Notes under the pieces: model-generated | Database searches by the model: none | What the model was told of the DNA's origin: nothing | What the model saw: the letters and a program-made list of their open reading frames with translations, nothing else | Shown here: positions 45,330-58,209 of the stretch, in pieces | Layout: the number at the start of each line of letters is the position of its first letter | How positions within the stretch are numbered: the first letter of the stretch is position 1 | Origin: Phyllobates terribilis | Taxonomy: Eukaryota | Assembly (NCBI RefSeq): GCF_046119375.1 | Contig: NW_027362761.1 | Span: 379,378,001-379,442,000, forward strand | Direction of reading: 5' to 3' | Length of the DNA stretch: 64,000 bases | Program-made: the position numbers and the translations under genes

Positions 45330-45520
45330 CTTTTTTATTGGTATATGCTCTCCCATCCTGGCCCCGTTTCCTGGTATATGCTCCCGCATCCTGGTATATG
45401 CTCCCCCATCCTGGTATATGCTCCCCCATCCTGCTCCCCCATCCTGGTATATGCTCCCCCATCCTGGTCCATGCTTCCGCCCATCCTGGTATATGCTCCC
45501 CCCTCACTCTGGTCCATGCT
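45330..45520. repeat. ~20-bp minisatellite (CTCCCCCATCCTGGTATATG)
   Basis: Direct read of tandem units. Confidence 0.85.
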
Positions 45521-46441
45521 CCACATGTCCGCATAGTGCGATATCTGGTTTCATTTGAATGAATACAAATGTGCAGAGTGTATTCAACAAAATGGCGCCA
45601 AAGTACGCGCATGCGCATACCACGCTGTCCATTTTGTCGAAGACACTGTTCATATTTGTCTTCACTAAAATAGCGCCGGAAATCGGCTCCTGCGCCACAC
45701 TCCTCCCCTGGCCTCTCCAGAGATGACAGGACCGAACACGTATGTGTTTATGGTGCCGGAGATTGCGGTATGCGCTCAGTGCTTATGCATACCGCGATCT
45801 CTGGCGCCACACTCCTCATCCCTGTCTGGGATGTGGATGTGTCTTTCTGTCTGTGGCCAGACTGCACAGGTATTGCGCTTGCACAATCTATAGAGGCTTC
45901 TGGCAGAAGGACACATCCCTGATTATACTATAGATACCAGTCATGTATTGTCATATAAACTATACAGGGCCATACCTAGGGGAATCAGGGGGGGCATGTG
46001 ACCTGGGTACAGCCGTCAGGGGGTTGCCTTCGGGCCACCTCATCTGGTGGTCAGAGGTGTCTCCCAGGTAGCTGCATTTTGCATTCGACCGTTCTCTGAG
46101 CTGGCTGTGGAACCGACAATCGATCAGAGCTGTGGAACCGACAATCGATCAGAGAAGGGAGCTATGTACGGGCTCATATTGTATGTAGGGAGCTATGTGG
46201 GTGCTCATACTGTATATTGGGAGCTATGTGGGGCTCATACTGTATATAGGGAGCTATGTACGGGCTCATACTGTATATAGGGAGCTATGTGGGGGCTCAT
46301 ACTATATATAGGAGGCTATGTGCGGGCTCATATTGCATATAGGGGCTATGCGGGATCTCATACTGTATCTAGGAAGCTATGTGCGGGCTCATACTGTATC
46401 TAGGGAGCTATGTGCGGGCTCATACTGTATCTAGGGAGCTA

Positions 46442-48077
46442 CAGTGGTGGTCAAAAGTATTGGCACCCCTGCAATTCTGTCAGATAATACTCAGTTTCTT
46501 CCTGAAAATGATTGCAATCACAAATTCTTTGGTATTACTATCTTCATTTAATTTGTCTTCAATGAAAAAACACAAAAAGAATTGTCCTAAAGCGAAATTG
46601 GATATAATTCCACACCAAACCTAAAAAAGGGGGTGGACAAAAGTATTTGCACTATTTGAAAAATCATGTGATGCTTCTCTAATTCGTGTAATTAACAGCA
46701 CCTGTAACTTACCTGTGGCACCTAACAGGTGTTGGCATTAACTAAATCACACTTGCAGCCAGTTAACATGGGTTAAAGTTGACTCAACCTCTGTCCTGTG
46801 TCCTTGTGTGTACCACATTGAGCATGGAGAAAAGAAAGAAGACCAAAGAACTGTCTGAGGACTTGAGAAACCAAATTGTGAGGAAGCATGAGCAATCTCA
46901 AGGCTACAAGTCCATCTCCAAAGACCTGAATGTTCCTGTGTCTTCCGTGCGCAGTGTCATCAAGAAGTTTAAAGCCCATGGCACTGTGGCTAACCTCCCT
47001 AGATGTGGACGGAAAAGAAAAATTGACGAGAGATTTCAACGCAAGATTGTGCGGATGGTGGATAAAGAACATCGACTAACATCCAAACAAGTTCAAGCTG
47101 CCCTGCAGTCCGAGGGTACAGCAGTGCCAACCCGTACTATCCGTCGGCGTCTGAATGAAAAGGGACTGTATGGTAGGATACCCAGGAAGACCCCACTTCT
47201 TACCCCGAGACATAAAAAAGCCAGGCTGGAGTTTGCCAAAACTTACCTGAGAAAGCCTAAAACGTTTTGGAAGAATGTTCTCTGGTCAGATGAGACAAAA
47301 GTAGAGCTTTTTGGGAAAAAGCATCAACATAGAGTGTACAGGAAAAAAAAAGAGGCATTCAAAGAAAAGAACACGGTCCCTACAGTCAAACATGGCGGAG
47401 GTTCCCTGATGTTTTGGGGTTGATTTGCTGCCTCTGGCACTGGACTGCTTGACCGTCTGCATGGCATTATGAAGTCTGAAGACTACCAACAAATTTTGCA
47501 GCATAATGTAGGGCCCAGTGTGCGAAAGCTGGGTCTCCCTCAGAGGTCATGGGTCTTCCAGCAGGACAATGACCCAAAACACACTTCCAAAAGCACTATA
47601 AAATGGTTTGAGAGAAAGCACTGGAGACTTCTAAGGTGGCCAGCAATGAGTCCAGACCTGAATCCCATAGAACACCTGTGGAGAGATCTCAAAATGGCAG
47701 TTTGGAGAAGGCACCCTTCAAATATCAGGGACCTGGAGCAGTTTGCCAAAGAAGAATGGTCTACAATTCCAGTAGAGCATTGTAAGAAACTCATTGATGG
47801 TTACCGGAAGCGGTTGTTCGCAGTTATTTTGGCTAAAGGTTGTGCAGCCAAGTATTAGGTTGAGGGTGCCAATACTTTTGTCTGGCCCATTTTTGGAGTT
47901 TTGTGTGAAATGATCAATGATTTGATTTTTGCTTCATTCTCTTTTGTGTTTTTTCCTTGCAAGCAAATTAAATGAAGATAATAAGACCAAAGAATTTGTG
48001 ATTGCAATCATTTTCAGGAAGAAACTAAGTGTTATCTGACAGAATTGCAGGGTTGCCAATACTTTTGGCCACCACTG
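46442..48077 (+). mobile_element. Young full-length Tc1 (long-TIR type)
   Basis: TA|CAGTGGTGGTCAAAAGTATTGGCA ... TGCCAATACTTTTGGCCACCACTG|TA, with ~200-bp imperfect TIRs. Confidence 0.95.
46824..47858 (+). pseudogene. Tc1 DD34E transposase with a single premature stop
   Basis: ORFs 46779-47423 and 47469-47858 are in the same frame. The only lesion seen is TGA at 47421-47423 in MFWG*FAASG, where Cys is expected. SDETK, QDNDPKH and SPDLNPIE are intact. Confidence 0.9.
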
Positions 48078-48325
48078 TATGTACGGGCTCATACTGTATC
48101 TAGGGAGCTATGTTCGGGCTCATACTGTATCTAGGGAGCTATGTACAGGCTCATACTGTATTTAGGGAGCTATGTGGGGGCTCATACTGTATCTAGGGAG
48201 CTATGTGAGGGCTCATACTGTATCTAGAGAGCTATGTGTGGACTCATACTGTATCTAGGGAGTTATATGGGTGCTCAAACTGTATATAGGGGGATGTCAG
48301 CATACTTAATTCTGCTCAATATTAA

Positions 48326-49210
48326 GGCTGTGTGCCCATGATGCGTTTAAGCGTTTCCGCAGCAGCAAAAATGCTGCAGAAACGCTTAAAAAACGCTTGG
48401 TAGAAGGTCTGCTATGTTCCCCAATGATAATCCGCATGTGCTGTGCACATGCTGCGGAAATTTCCGCTGCGGATTATCATTGCGGACAAAAACGCAGTAC
48501 TACCAATTATTTTGCGGAAGTGCTGCTTTTTCGCCGCCATTGACTTGCATTGGAACGCATGGATTACGCATCACTGCATATGTAGATGCGGAATTCACGC
48601 GTTTCAATGTGCGGATGGTACCCAGGTCTAGAGGACAGGAGACTCTCCTCCGGACCCGGGTACCATAGAAACTGTGAAAAAAATAATAAAATAAAAAATA
48701 AATGTTATATTTACCTTCTGATGGCCTGCGGTGCGCTCTTCCTCTCATGCCGGCAGATTGCGATGGACTGAAGGACCTGCGCTGATGTCATAGTCATGTG
48801 ACGGGTCACGCAACGCTGACGTTGGCAGGTCCTTCAGTGTACTGCGATCTCCCGACAAGGGAGAATGGAGAGAAGCAAGACTCCAGGGGCCATCAGAAGG
48901 TAAGTATAGATTTATTTTTTATTTTTAAACATTCTTTTCGTCACAGTATATAAATCCATGCCGTTTGCATGGATTTATATAGTGTGACCAAGTTGATAAG
49001 CACTTTCCCAGTGATGCTAAAATCGCTTGGAAAGCGCTTGTCAACCCGCATGCGGTAATGCATGTGAAGAACGCTTCACATTCGCATGTTCCTGGCAAGA
49101 AAAACTCATGTACAATCCGCATGTACAATCTGCATGCTTTTTTTCTGCCAGGGAGATGCAGAAACGCTCAGGAAAAATCCGGAGCATTTCTGCATCGTGG
49201 GCACATAGCC
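48326..49210. mobile_element. Harbinger-like non-autonomous element
   Basis: TAA|GGCTGTGTGCCCA ... TGGGCACATAGCC|TGA ends with internal palindromic segments. Confidence 0.6.
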
Positions 49211-49291
49211 TGAGTCATACAATTAATATATTTTTTTATTATTTTGTTAATATTATTAATATTGAGCAGAATTAATTTCAGCCTATTGATT

Positions 49292-52200
49292 TGTAGCACC
49301 CCGAGGGCTCGGCTGCTACAGGGGTATTGCACCTCAAACCAGAGGTGCGATATTCCACTCCCGGGTAAGGATGGAGTGTGGACCAGGACTCGGTTAGCTG
49401 CATGCACCACACACACCCCATTTCCGAGGGGCAGCTCAACGGTGCTCCCACTAGACAGAAGTGCAGGCACGACAGCATCTGTCCCTGGCTGGAGTGGGGA
49501 GGGGAAGGAAAACCCAGTGGTGTAGGAGCAGATAGGGGTGGGTCTCTGGGCATAGGTAGGAGCCCATTGGTTGCTAGTCACCTGGGCTCACACATAGAGG
49601 GAGGTATAAGAGGTGGGCACCATCTTAGAGTGAGTTCAGTTCTGTGAGAGAAGGAGTTCAGCCAGAGAGTGCTGACAGGGAGCTGTGGCTCAGTCTGGGC
49701 CCAGCTCCAGAGGCAGGCCTGGAGTGGAGGCCAGAAACAGCAGAAAGAGAGAGGAGAAGGAACCGAAAGGAAAGTAAGAAAGGAACTGGAACAGAGGAGA
49801 AAGGAAACAAGGAACACAGAGAAAGGCCCAGAGACACGAGGACAGAAGGAACCCCATATGCCCAGGAGATACAGGGTGAAGGGTTGGCAGAGCAGGGTAC
49901 CGGAACCCAAATTGGTGGAGGCGACAAATCCTCAGCCAAAACCGGAGGTTATGACCACATCTTGGTGCGACCCCTCACTACATCCACCAGGAAAGCATAC
50001 CACATAGGGTCAGGGAAACCGGAGAGAGGTTTCGCCAACAGAAGGCCCGAGGAAGCTGGACAAAGGTGGGTCACTGGTGGGGACGGCCAGAGAAAGGAAA
50101 GGAAGGGAGCCCTGTGCCACGCTCTGGAATTGCCTGGGAGTTGGTCGAGCCCCTTGCCTTGTGAACGCAGCACGGCTCAGGCGGTCCTTCATGTGCACAA
50201 GTGACCTGGATGAGAACTGTGAGTAAAGCATTGGAAACTGCACCACACATCTCTGTGTTTCATCGCCGCACCAGCACCATTAGTACTGGGACGCTCACAC
50301 CCTCACTACCATCATCTACTCTAGCTGCCCTGAGGCAATACTTCTCCCGTGGGGAGTTATCCCATACTCGGCTGCGCAAACAACATCAGCCTCAGCGGTC
50401 TGCAGCGCAGTGGCGGTCCCCATTGACCGCAATCCACGGGTGGCGTAGTCGGACATTGTTTTTACCTAAAACTGCCACTGGTTTGACCGCCCTGGGCACG
50501 GACCGGGTCACCGCCACACGGAGACTACAACCCCCCAGCGATCCGGCTCCGGGTATCCCCTGCACAACACAGGCCCAGGGGGCGCGTCAAATTTTGGCGT
50601 AGTCGGTAGGATCTTTTCCAACCCGCCACAAGCGGGTATTGCGTGCCTGAAGAAGATTGTGCATGTACCTTGAAAAGAAGTCTCCCGCCATTTCCAGAAG
50701 TTTCCCGCCGTCCGGAGCCAATTCCTGCCATCAGACGTCATTTTGGACCGTTTCCCGCCATCTTCATCCGTTTTTCCCGCCCTGGCAGAGTGGACGCCAT
50801 TATGTGCGCACCAAAGGACAGCAGGAAGCCGCCTCCCATCGTGGGCCAGGTCCCAGAGTGGCGCCAAAGGAGGGGCCCGCCCCCAGCAACGATGAGTGCA
50901 GCAATGGAGATATCCATCAACGTGGGGGGGCTGCCCCTAAAGGTGATTGTCAGCAGATGCCCCCAAGACCACCCCCCATGGGGGTGGATAGGAAAGAAAA
51001 CTGTGGGGCCGGGCGCGGCCTGGATGAGCCTGGGCCTGCTGCACCCGGAGATGGAGGGAGCAGAGAACTCCACCAGCACCCTGGCCCGCAGCCTGCTGCA
51101 AGCTGAGCCACCCTGCAGCCTGACAGAGTTGCTAGCCCAGCTGGCCCAGGGACCCGGACTGTGCGCGCGCAGCGCTACAAGACCTGAACAGAAGGATGGT
51201 CCGGGCGCAGCAGGAAGTGTTTGCCGGGTGGAGAGAGGAGTTGGCCCGGCAGCACGAAGATAGCCAGCGGAGGACCCCGCCGTCACCGGGCAGCGCGCTT
51301 ACCGCTGGGCGCGGAGAAAAGGGACCGGCAGCTGCAGACGACGCCGCGGAGGAGGCCACGGAGACCGAGACAGGTAATGGGGACGCCACCACCCCAAGCC
51401 CTGGGAACACCAGCCTGCCCTCACCCTCCACTGCGGGACCCGAAGACCCGGGGACCGTACCTGACATCATGCCTCCACCGCCGCCAGCTAGGCCTCAGGC
51501 TGCAAACGTCACTGTCACGCCCCGCCCCGCGCTGTGCCCTCTGAACCCGGGCTCTGTAAAGCGGGAGACATCACAGGCCGGGACGCAAGACCCAGCACAC
51601 CCGGGCGCCGCTGCCTCACCAGCGCCCCCTACCTTGGCGGTGCCACCCCCGGGCGCGACCAACAAGCGACCACCGGCCTGGTCGCAAGGCCGAGTGCCCC
51701 CAGGCTCTGCCACCCGTCCGAAGCTCGCGGTGCCACCCCTGGGTGCGGACCTGTACGCCCAATATACCAGCCCGGACGGGCTGCCCTTTGAGTGGCCACC
51801 GGAGTTTGTCAACCCCCGTCTCCGGAAAGAACAACCCCTGAGCGAGCCTCTGATCCCGGCCCCGGAGCCTGCCAACATCGCTCCACCCCCGCCGGAGGAT
51901 GCCCAGTTTGCATGGGACCCCACCGGCGAGAATCTCATGGGGTTCACCCAGGAGACCCGGGCGGAAGCAGCCCAGCGCCTGGATTGCTGCCGTCAGCAGC
52001 TGGCCACCTTTGAAAGGGAGCGACGGCAGAGGCGCATCAGGGAGGAGCGACTCCAAGCCCGGAGCGCAGAGCAGAAGAGGAGGGCCAGACAAAACCCCCA
52101 AGCCATCCGCGGTCCCCGAGCCACCAGGACCGTAGTAAAATTCCAGCTAGAGCATGGCTGGGGCTTCATCAGAGACCCGGAGGCTGACACCGACGTCTTC

Positions 52201-54255
52201 GTCACTAGAAGGGACGTTGAAAGCCACCTGCCAGAGGGACATCACGGACGTGACCTGTACCCCGGTGACGTGGTCACCTACACCCGGCACAAGGGCGCAA
52301 AGGGACTGTACGCCCTCCATGTCCACCGTCTAACGGAGGAGGAACTGCGGTACCGCCCAGACATGGACTACTCTGAGGGTCCGGACGGACCTGAAGACTA
52401 CCCGGAAGAGCGAGGAGGACACCGTTACTAATGAACGGTAAATGGAACTGTATATAGTTACCCGTAAGGGTATAGAAACTGTTGCTGAGTGGAGTGTGGT
52501 CCCTGTTGGGACTGGTATAGAACTGTGTAGAAGTTACCCCCTATATCCCTTATCTGGCTGGGGACTGAGAACAGCCATCCCTTTTTCCTAATCTGACTGG
52601 TGACTGAGAGCAGCCATTCCCCTAAGAAGAAAGAACACCTGGTCGCAAGTTGCACCGCGGCCAGAACTCAAGAATGTGTTTTAAAAAAAAAAAAAAAAAA
52701 AAAATGTTTTACTTAAGAATGTCTTATACTGAAAAAGTTTCATATGCTGCTAAAAGAGTTTATAGCATTTTATATGTGTGTGAAGAAAGTCTTGTAATGT
52801 TTTATACCAGTAACGTTAAAAGGAAAGAGTACCTCCCATAAAGGGATGAGTAAATAGTTAATGTCTTATATGTGAATGCATTCTAAAATTTTTGTATGCT
52901 TTAAATTGTTTTGCTCTTTTCAAGCCCGAGGACGTGCTGTGATTTACCAGGGGGGAATGTAGCACCCCGAGGGCTCGGCTGCTACAGGGGTATTGCACCT
53001 CAAACCAGAGGTGTGATATTCCACTCCCGGGTAAGGATGGAGTGTGGACCAGGACTCGGTTAGCTGCATGCACCACACACACCCCATTTCTGAGGGACAG
53101 CTCAACGGTGCTCCCACTAGACAGAAGTGCAGGCACGACAGCATCTGTCCCTGGCTGGAGTGGGGAGGGGAAGGAAAACCCAGTGGTGTAGGAGCAGATA
53201 GGGGTGGGTCTCTGGGCATAGGTAGGAGCCCATTGGTTGCTAGTCACCTGGGCTCACACATAGAGGGAGGTATAAGAGGTGGGCACCATCTTAGAGTGAG
53301 TTCAGTTCTGTGAGAGAAGGAGTTCAGCCAGAGAGTGCTGACAGGGAGCTGTGGCTCAGTCTGGGCCCAGCTCCAGAGGCAGGCCTGGAGTGGAGGCCAG
53401 AAACAGCAGAAAGAGAGAGGAGAAGGAACGGAAAGGAAAGTAAGAAAGGAACTGGAACAGAGGAGAAAGGAAGCAAGGAACACAGAGAAAGGCCCAGAGA
53501 CACGAGGACAGAAGGAACCCCATATTCCCAGGAGATACAGGGTGAAGGGTTGGCAGAGCAGAGTACCGGAACCCAAATTGGTGGAGGCGACTAATCCTCA
53601 GCCAAAACCGGAGGTTGTGACCACATCTTGGTGTGACCCCTCACTACATCCACCAGGAAAGCATACCACATAGGGTCAGGGAAACCGGAGAGAGGCTTCG
53701 CCAACAGAAGGCCCGAGGAAGCTGGACAAAGGTGGGTCACTGGTGGGGACGGCCAGAGAAAGGAAAGGAAGGGAGCCCTGTGCCACGCTCTGGAATTGCC
53801 TGGGAGTTGGTCGAGCCCCTTGCCTGGTGAACGCAGCATGGCTCAGGCAGTCCTTCATGTGCACAAGTGACCTGGATGAGAACTGTGAGTAAAGCATTGG
53901 AAACTGCACTACACGTCTCTGTGTTTCATCGCCGCACCAGCACCATTAGTACTGGGACGCTCACACCCTCACTACCATCATCTACTCTAGCTGCCCTGAG
54001 GCAATACTTCTCCCGTGGGGAGTTATCCCATACTCGGCTGCACAAACAACATCAGCCTCAGCGGTCGGCAGCGCAGCGGCGGTCCCCACTGACCGCAATC
54101 CACGGGTGGCGTAGTCGGACATTGTTATTACCTAAGACTGCCACTGGTTTGACCGCCCTGGGCACGGACCGGGTCACCGCCACACGGAGACTACAACCCC
54201 CCAGCGATCCGGCTCCGGGTATCCCCTGCACAACACAGGCCCAGGGGGCGCGTCA
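49292..54255 (+). mobile_element. Non-autonomous LTR retroelement carrying a cold-shock-domain ORF, copy 2
   Basis: LTRs 49292-50589 and 52958-54255 (1298 bp each, about 22 differences by eye). TSD GATT at 49288-49291 and 54256-54259. PBS 50595-50612, PPT 52949-52957. Lies in SUSD2 intron 5 in sense orientation. Confidence 0.93.
50802..52431 (+). pseudogene. CSD-protein ORF of copy 2, one +1 frameshift (~542 aa reconstructed; 411-aa C-terminal frame open)
   Basis: The frame runs from ATG 50802 through MEISINVGGLPLKV to an extra G at ~51143 (CTGGCCC vs CTGCCC in copy 1). The 51196-52431 frame includes coiled-coil-like, Pro-rich and CSD segments. Confidence 0.85.
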
Positions 54256-54753
54256 GATTCACCTTCCACAACAGTCATGGTCTCTCATGTGGCCCCTTGA
54301 GGAAATTAATCTCCTACCGCTGCTCTACTATATATAGCGCTATGTTATGTATAGGGCTGTGTACATAATGGAAAAAAATTTCCATAATTTTCCGTCTACA
54401 GATGTCACCAAAGCATCTGTGTTAGTCACATGACCTATCACATGATCTATCAAAGGGGATCATGTGACATGTCACGTGATACATCGGGTACCTGTGGGGG
54501 GGCTCACACCTTCTAAACTGCCCGGGGCCCTGGCTACTCTTAATCCACCCCTGGTCATGACAATGCCTTTTTATAGGCTAAAGCCTCTTCTTTTTGCCAA
54601 AAAACCTTGGTTTATGATATATTATTTTATAAAGCAGAGCTAAAGTTGACTTTTTATGAGCAGCATTTTCTGTAAAAAGAATACATTTTATATTTAGTTA
54701 TTAAAGTTATTCGTATGATAATCTCAATAATTATGTATTACCCTGTGTCACAG

Positions 54754-54958
54754 GAATGTACATGCAATATGGAGTCCTGTCCATGCCTTAGCCTGGCACT
54801 TATCAGAGAACTTCAGGGAAGACCCTGCCGGCTGGGCTTTCAACAAGTGTTTGGTCTGGACAGATTTGGAAAAGAAGAAGCTGCCTAACTTCCTGAACGA
54901 GACAGCCGACTGCCCTTGTACTCTAGAACAGTCCAGAGCGGATACAGGAAGATACCAT
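54754..54958 (+). CDS. SUSD2: SUSD2 exon 6 (start of AMOP domain)
   Basis: NVHAIWSPVHALAWHLSENFREDPAGWAFNKCLVWTDLEKKKLPNFLNETADCPCTLEQSRADTGRYH. Boundaries tcacag| and |gtatgt. Confidence 0.95.
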
Positions 54959-56404
54959 GTATGTGCCAGGACTTTTCTCTGACAATCATATTCTATACGG
55001 GTTGATGCATATAATACAACTTATCACGTGTGTGTCCTCAATTACGTCTAAAATGGAGACTTAGAAAGGATAGCTACTCATATAACCAACCTCATCCATC
55101 TGTGATATTATTTTAGATTTCAGGTATTAAAGGGCATATGACTGAATACAGTATGTCCTCTTATCCTTTACTGTACAGAAGTGTAACCAGGATGGATAAT
55201 TGTTATCATCTGCACCAGTCTAGATTGTTATTGATATATTAAAAGCTGCCCAATACCACATGCATACTGTAATTAAGAAGCCGATTGTCCTGCCATGATG
55301 TTGCCTGACAGCAAGTTCTAGATAGGTTATGTCTCTGTTAAAGGGGTTATCCAAGACTATTTTTCTTTTACAATGTGCCTAAGAACTATCTGGCAGATCG
55401 TTGCTAACTACCTGCCTGTTGTGCTCAGTTCCAATCTCTGCTTGCATAGAACAGTCACAACCGCTCCTGCCAGCGATTCAGTGGCTCATGCTGTCATCAC
55501 ATCGACAGAGTAGCGGCTTCTCTTCTGCTCTGCTGAAGGGGCCTGACTGCTGATGTCATGCTGATTGACAGCCGTCTCCCCGCTGCATAACTACTTGGAC
55601 CACCTGCCAGTCAGCATGATGTCGGCAGTCACGCCCTGTCAACAGAATAGCCTGGAAGAAGAAGAGATGCTTTGTTGACCTGGAACAGCTGAATTGCCGT
55701 CAGGAGCGGTCAGTCATCGATCTGAGCCAGTGTCAAATAAAGCAGGCGCTTAGTTGCTTCTGTTAGCAACTACCTGCCTGTTAGTTTTTTAGGCCCATAG
55801 TGAAAAATATAAAATAGTTCTGGCAAACCCCTTTAAATTATGCTTTAACTGTCATTATAATGAAATACCATATTGCATTGCAGACCAGTGTCACAAATAC
55901 TTTTTTAATTATGATAAGTGTAACTTTATTTTATTGCAGTCGTTTTTGCAGTAAATGTAAAGGGTTTTTCCCAACCAATTCATCAATTACTTTTCAAAAA
56001 AATAATTGATAAATGTATGACCGCTGATCCTGAGAATGGGAGTGTGTGACTGCAGTGGTACGCATGAATAAGCAATGCTCTATTCACATCTATTGGGTTT
56101 GGGTAGTAAACGTGGATTACTAGTTATTATTTTGTGGGGAGGAGCACACAGTTGAGTCTAGCTTTTCTCTGCATGAACATATCCTTCTTTATTTAAAGGA
56201 TGCATTTATCTGAGGTGGCAATCTGTGCATTTTATTGAAATTAAATTACAAAAATATTAGCTAAAGCATACATGCATTTAAGTTAGAAAGAAAAATGTCC
56301 CCAAATTTTGACAACACCTTTAAGGTGACTTTTGCAGTTTCTCTGAAAATATTTTTAACTAGGTCACAAGGCTCGAAGTTAGAAATGATCTGTTTCTTTT
56401 TCAG

Positions 56405-56490
56405 ACGGATTATGGCTGCAACATAGAAAAGGGCAGTGTGTGTACTTACCACCCTGGAGCTGTGCACTGTGTGAGGAGCATACAAGCAAG
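56405..56490 (+). CDS. SUSD2: SUSD2 exon 7 (AMOP)
   Basis: [29 protein letters not shown] (human [29 protein letters not shown]). Confidence 0.95.
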
Positions 56491-56599
56491 GTACTATGTT
56501 ACTTGTCATTTACTTACTGTGTATTATTACACCTCCAAATATCTTATCTATTAATATTTCCAGAATGCACAAGCCTGAGTTTTTTTCCTTTTCCAATAG

Positions 56600-56868
56600 C
56601 CCACAGTATGCTGCAGGACAACAATGTTGCTATGATGCATCAGGAGCTCAGGTTCTAACCACTGATTCACTTGGGGGCAGCACACCTGATCGAGGTCATG
56701 ACTGGGGGTCCCCCCCTTATAAAAAGCCCCCCAGAATTCCTGGTTTCTCCCATTGGCTGTATGATGTGATCACTTTCTATTACTGTTGTCTGTGGTCAGA
56801 TAATTGCCATTACTACCTTGAACTAAGACCGTCCAGTGACTGTCGCACATACAAGCCCCCAAACGTAG
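56600..56868 (+). CDS. SUSD2: SUSD2 exon 8 (AMOP)
   Basis: [15 protein letters not shown]...[44 protein letters not shown]...[12 protein letters not shown]. Boundaries caatag| and |gtgaga. Confidence 0.95.
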
Positions 56869-56957
56869 GTGAGAAAAGATTGTCCTATAAATGGTGGGGC
56901 GTGTAATAAATGTTAAATTAGAAACTATCCTTTCTGTTCTGTTCTGTTCTGCTATAG

Positions 56958-57092
56958 CTTCAGCATTTGGTGAACCTCACATCATAACATTTGACGGCTT
57001 GAATTACACCTACAAGGGTAAAGGAGAGTATTATTTAGTGAAATCTACAAATCCATCTCTGAGCATCCAGTGTCGGACCACACCTTATCAAG
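56958..57092 (+). CDS. SUSD2: SUSD2 exon 9 (start of vWD domain)
   Basis: ASAFGEPHIITFDGLNYTYKGKGEYYLV. Boundaries ctatag| and |gtaaga. Confidence 0.93.
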
Positions 57093-57373
57093 GTAAGACT
57101 GAGCTTTATGGGTTCGCAACTATGGGCCATACAACTGTCACAGCGTGCAATAACCCCATTCATTTCTTGGATGAGACTGTGCTAGTTTCAATTGTGCTGA
57201 TCAGAACTGCCCTCCACTGTGACAGGCTGTCACGGCTCGGCGAGGACTGAAATTCAGCTCTCACACTTAGCATACAGGCCCATAATAACCCTCTACATCT
57301 ACTTCCTCAGATAGGGTCTCTATTACCAATATAACTATGCTTGTTGTTAAAGGAAATCAAGATTTACTGCATG

Positions 57374-57706
57374 ACCAATATTACCAATAATATCGCTATA
57401 GAAGGTTAAATCATACCAGTACATGATCAGTACTAAACACAACTGTACCAAGACTAATATTACTCATATTACCGCAATATAAGAGATGAAAAATACTGCC
57501 ATACCATAACCACATATACAGCACATGACCAATATTACCAATAATACCACTATAGAAGGTTAAATCATACCAGTACATGATGACAGAATAATGCCACCAT
57601 ACTGATCAGTACTAAACACAACTGTACCAAGATTAATATTACCCATATTACCGCAATATAAGAGATGACAAATACTGTCATACCATAACCACATACACAG
57701 CACATA
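57374..57706. repeat. Two-copy tandem duplication (~150-180 bp)
   Basis: ACCAATATTACCAATAATA...ACAGCACAT occurs twice, the second copy with a small insertion. Confidence 0.75.
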
Positions 57707-57818
57707 CAGTAGTGACACTACCATATTAATAATTAACTAGATTTTACTAAGGCTCAAATTTCTGCCATAGAGTGACCAAATAATGGACGCTATCAGTTCT
57801 ACACCAGAGCCCTGCAGA

Positions 57819-57820
<2 letters not shown>

Positions 57821-57893
<73 letters not shown>
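57821..57893. repeat. (TA)n microsatellite
   Basis: Direct read. Confidence 0.97.
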
Positions 57894-57898
<5 letters not shown>

Positions 57899-58209
57899 GG
57901 GCGGACACAGACTGTAGTGGGCCCCTGTGCAAGAACTTTTTTTGGGCCCCCCCCCCTGCCCTTCATAGGGGGCATGAAGGCCCCCCCGTGCATCTCTCAT
58001 CCCCCCGTGCATCTCTGATTCCCCCCTCTCCTAGTTAATTAATTGTATTTAAAAAAAATAAAACTTTTTATACTTACCCGCAGGGCCGGCTCCAGGTTTT
58101 TGTGGGCCCTGGGCGACAGAGTTTCAGTGGCCCCTTTAACACATACCATGATTCATGATGCACAGATACCACAGAGAAATATATATATAGGCCAAGGATT
58201 TCACTTCTT

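Larger units (their letters stand above)
46155..48295. repeat. ~30-bp minisatellite (TAGGGAGCTATGTRCGGGCTCATACTGTATC) split by Tc1
   Basis: Units on both sides of 46442-48077. The insertion duplicated the TA in GGGAGCTATGT. Confidence 0.88.
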
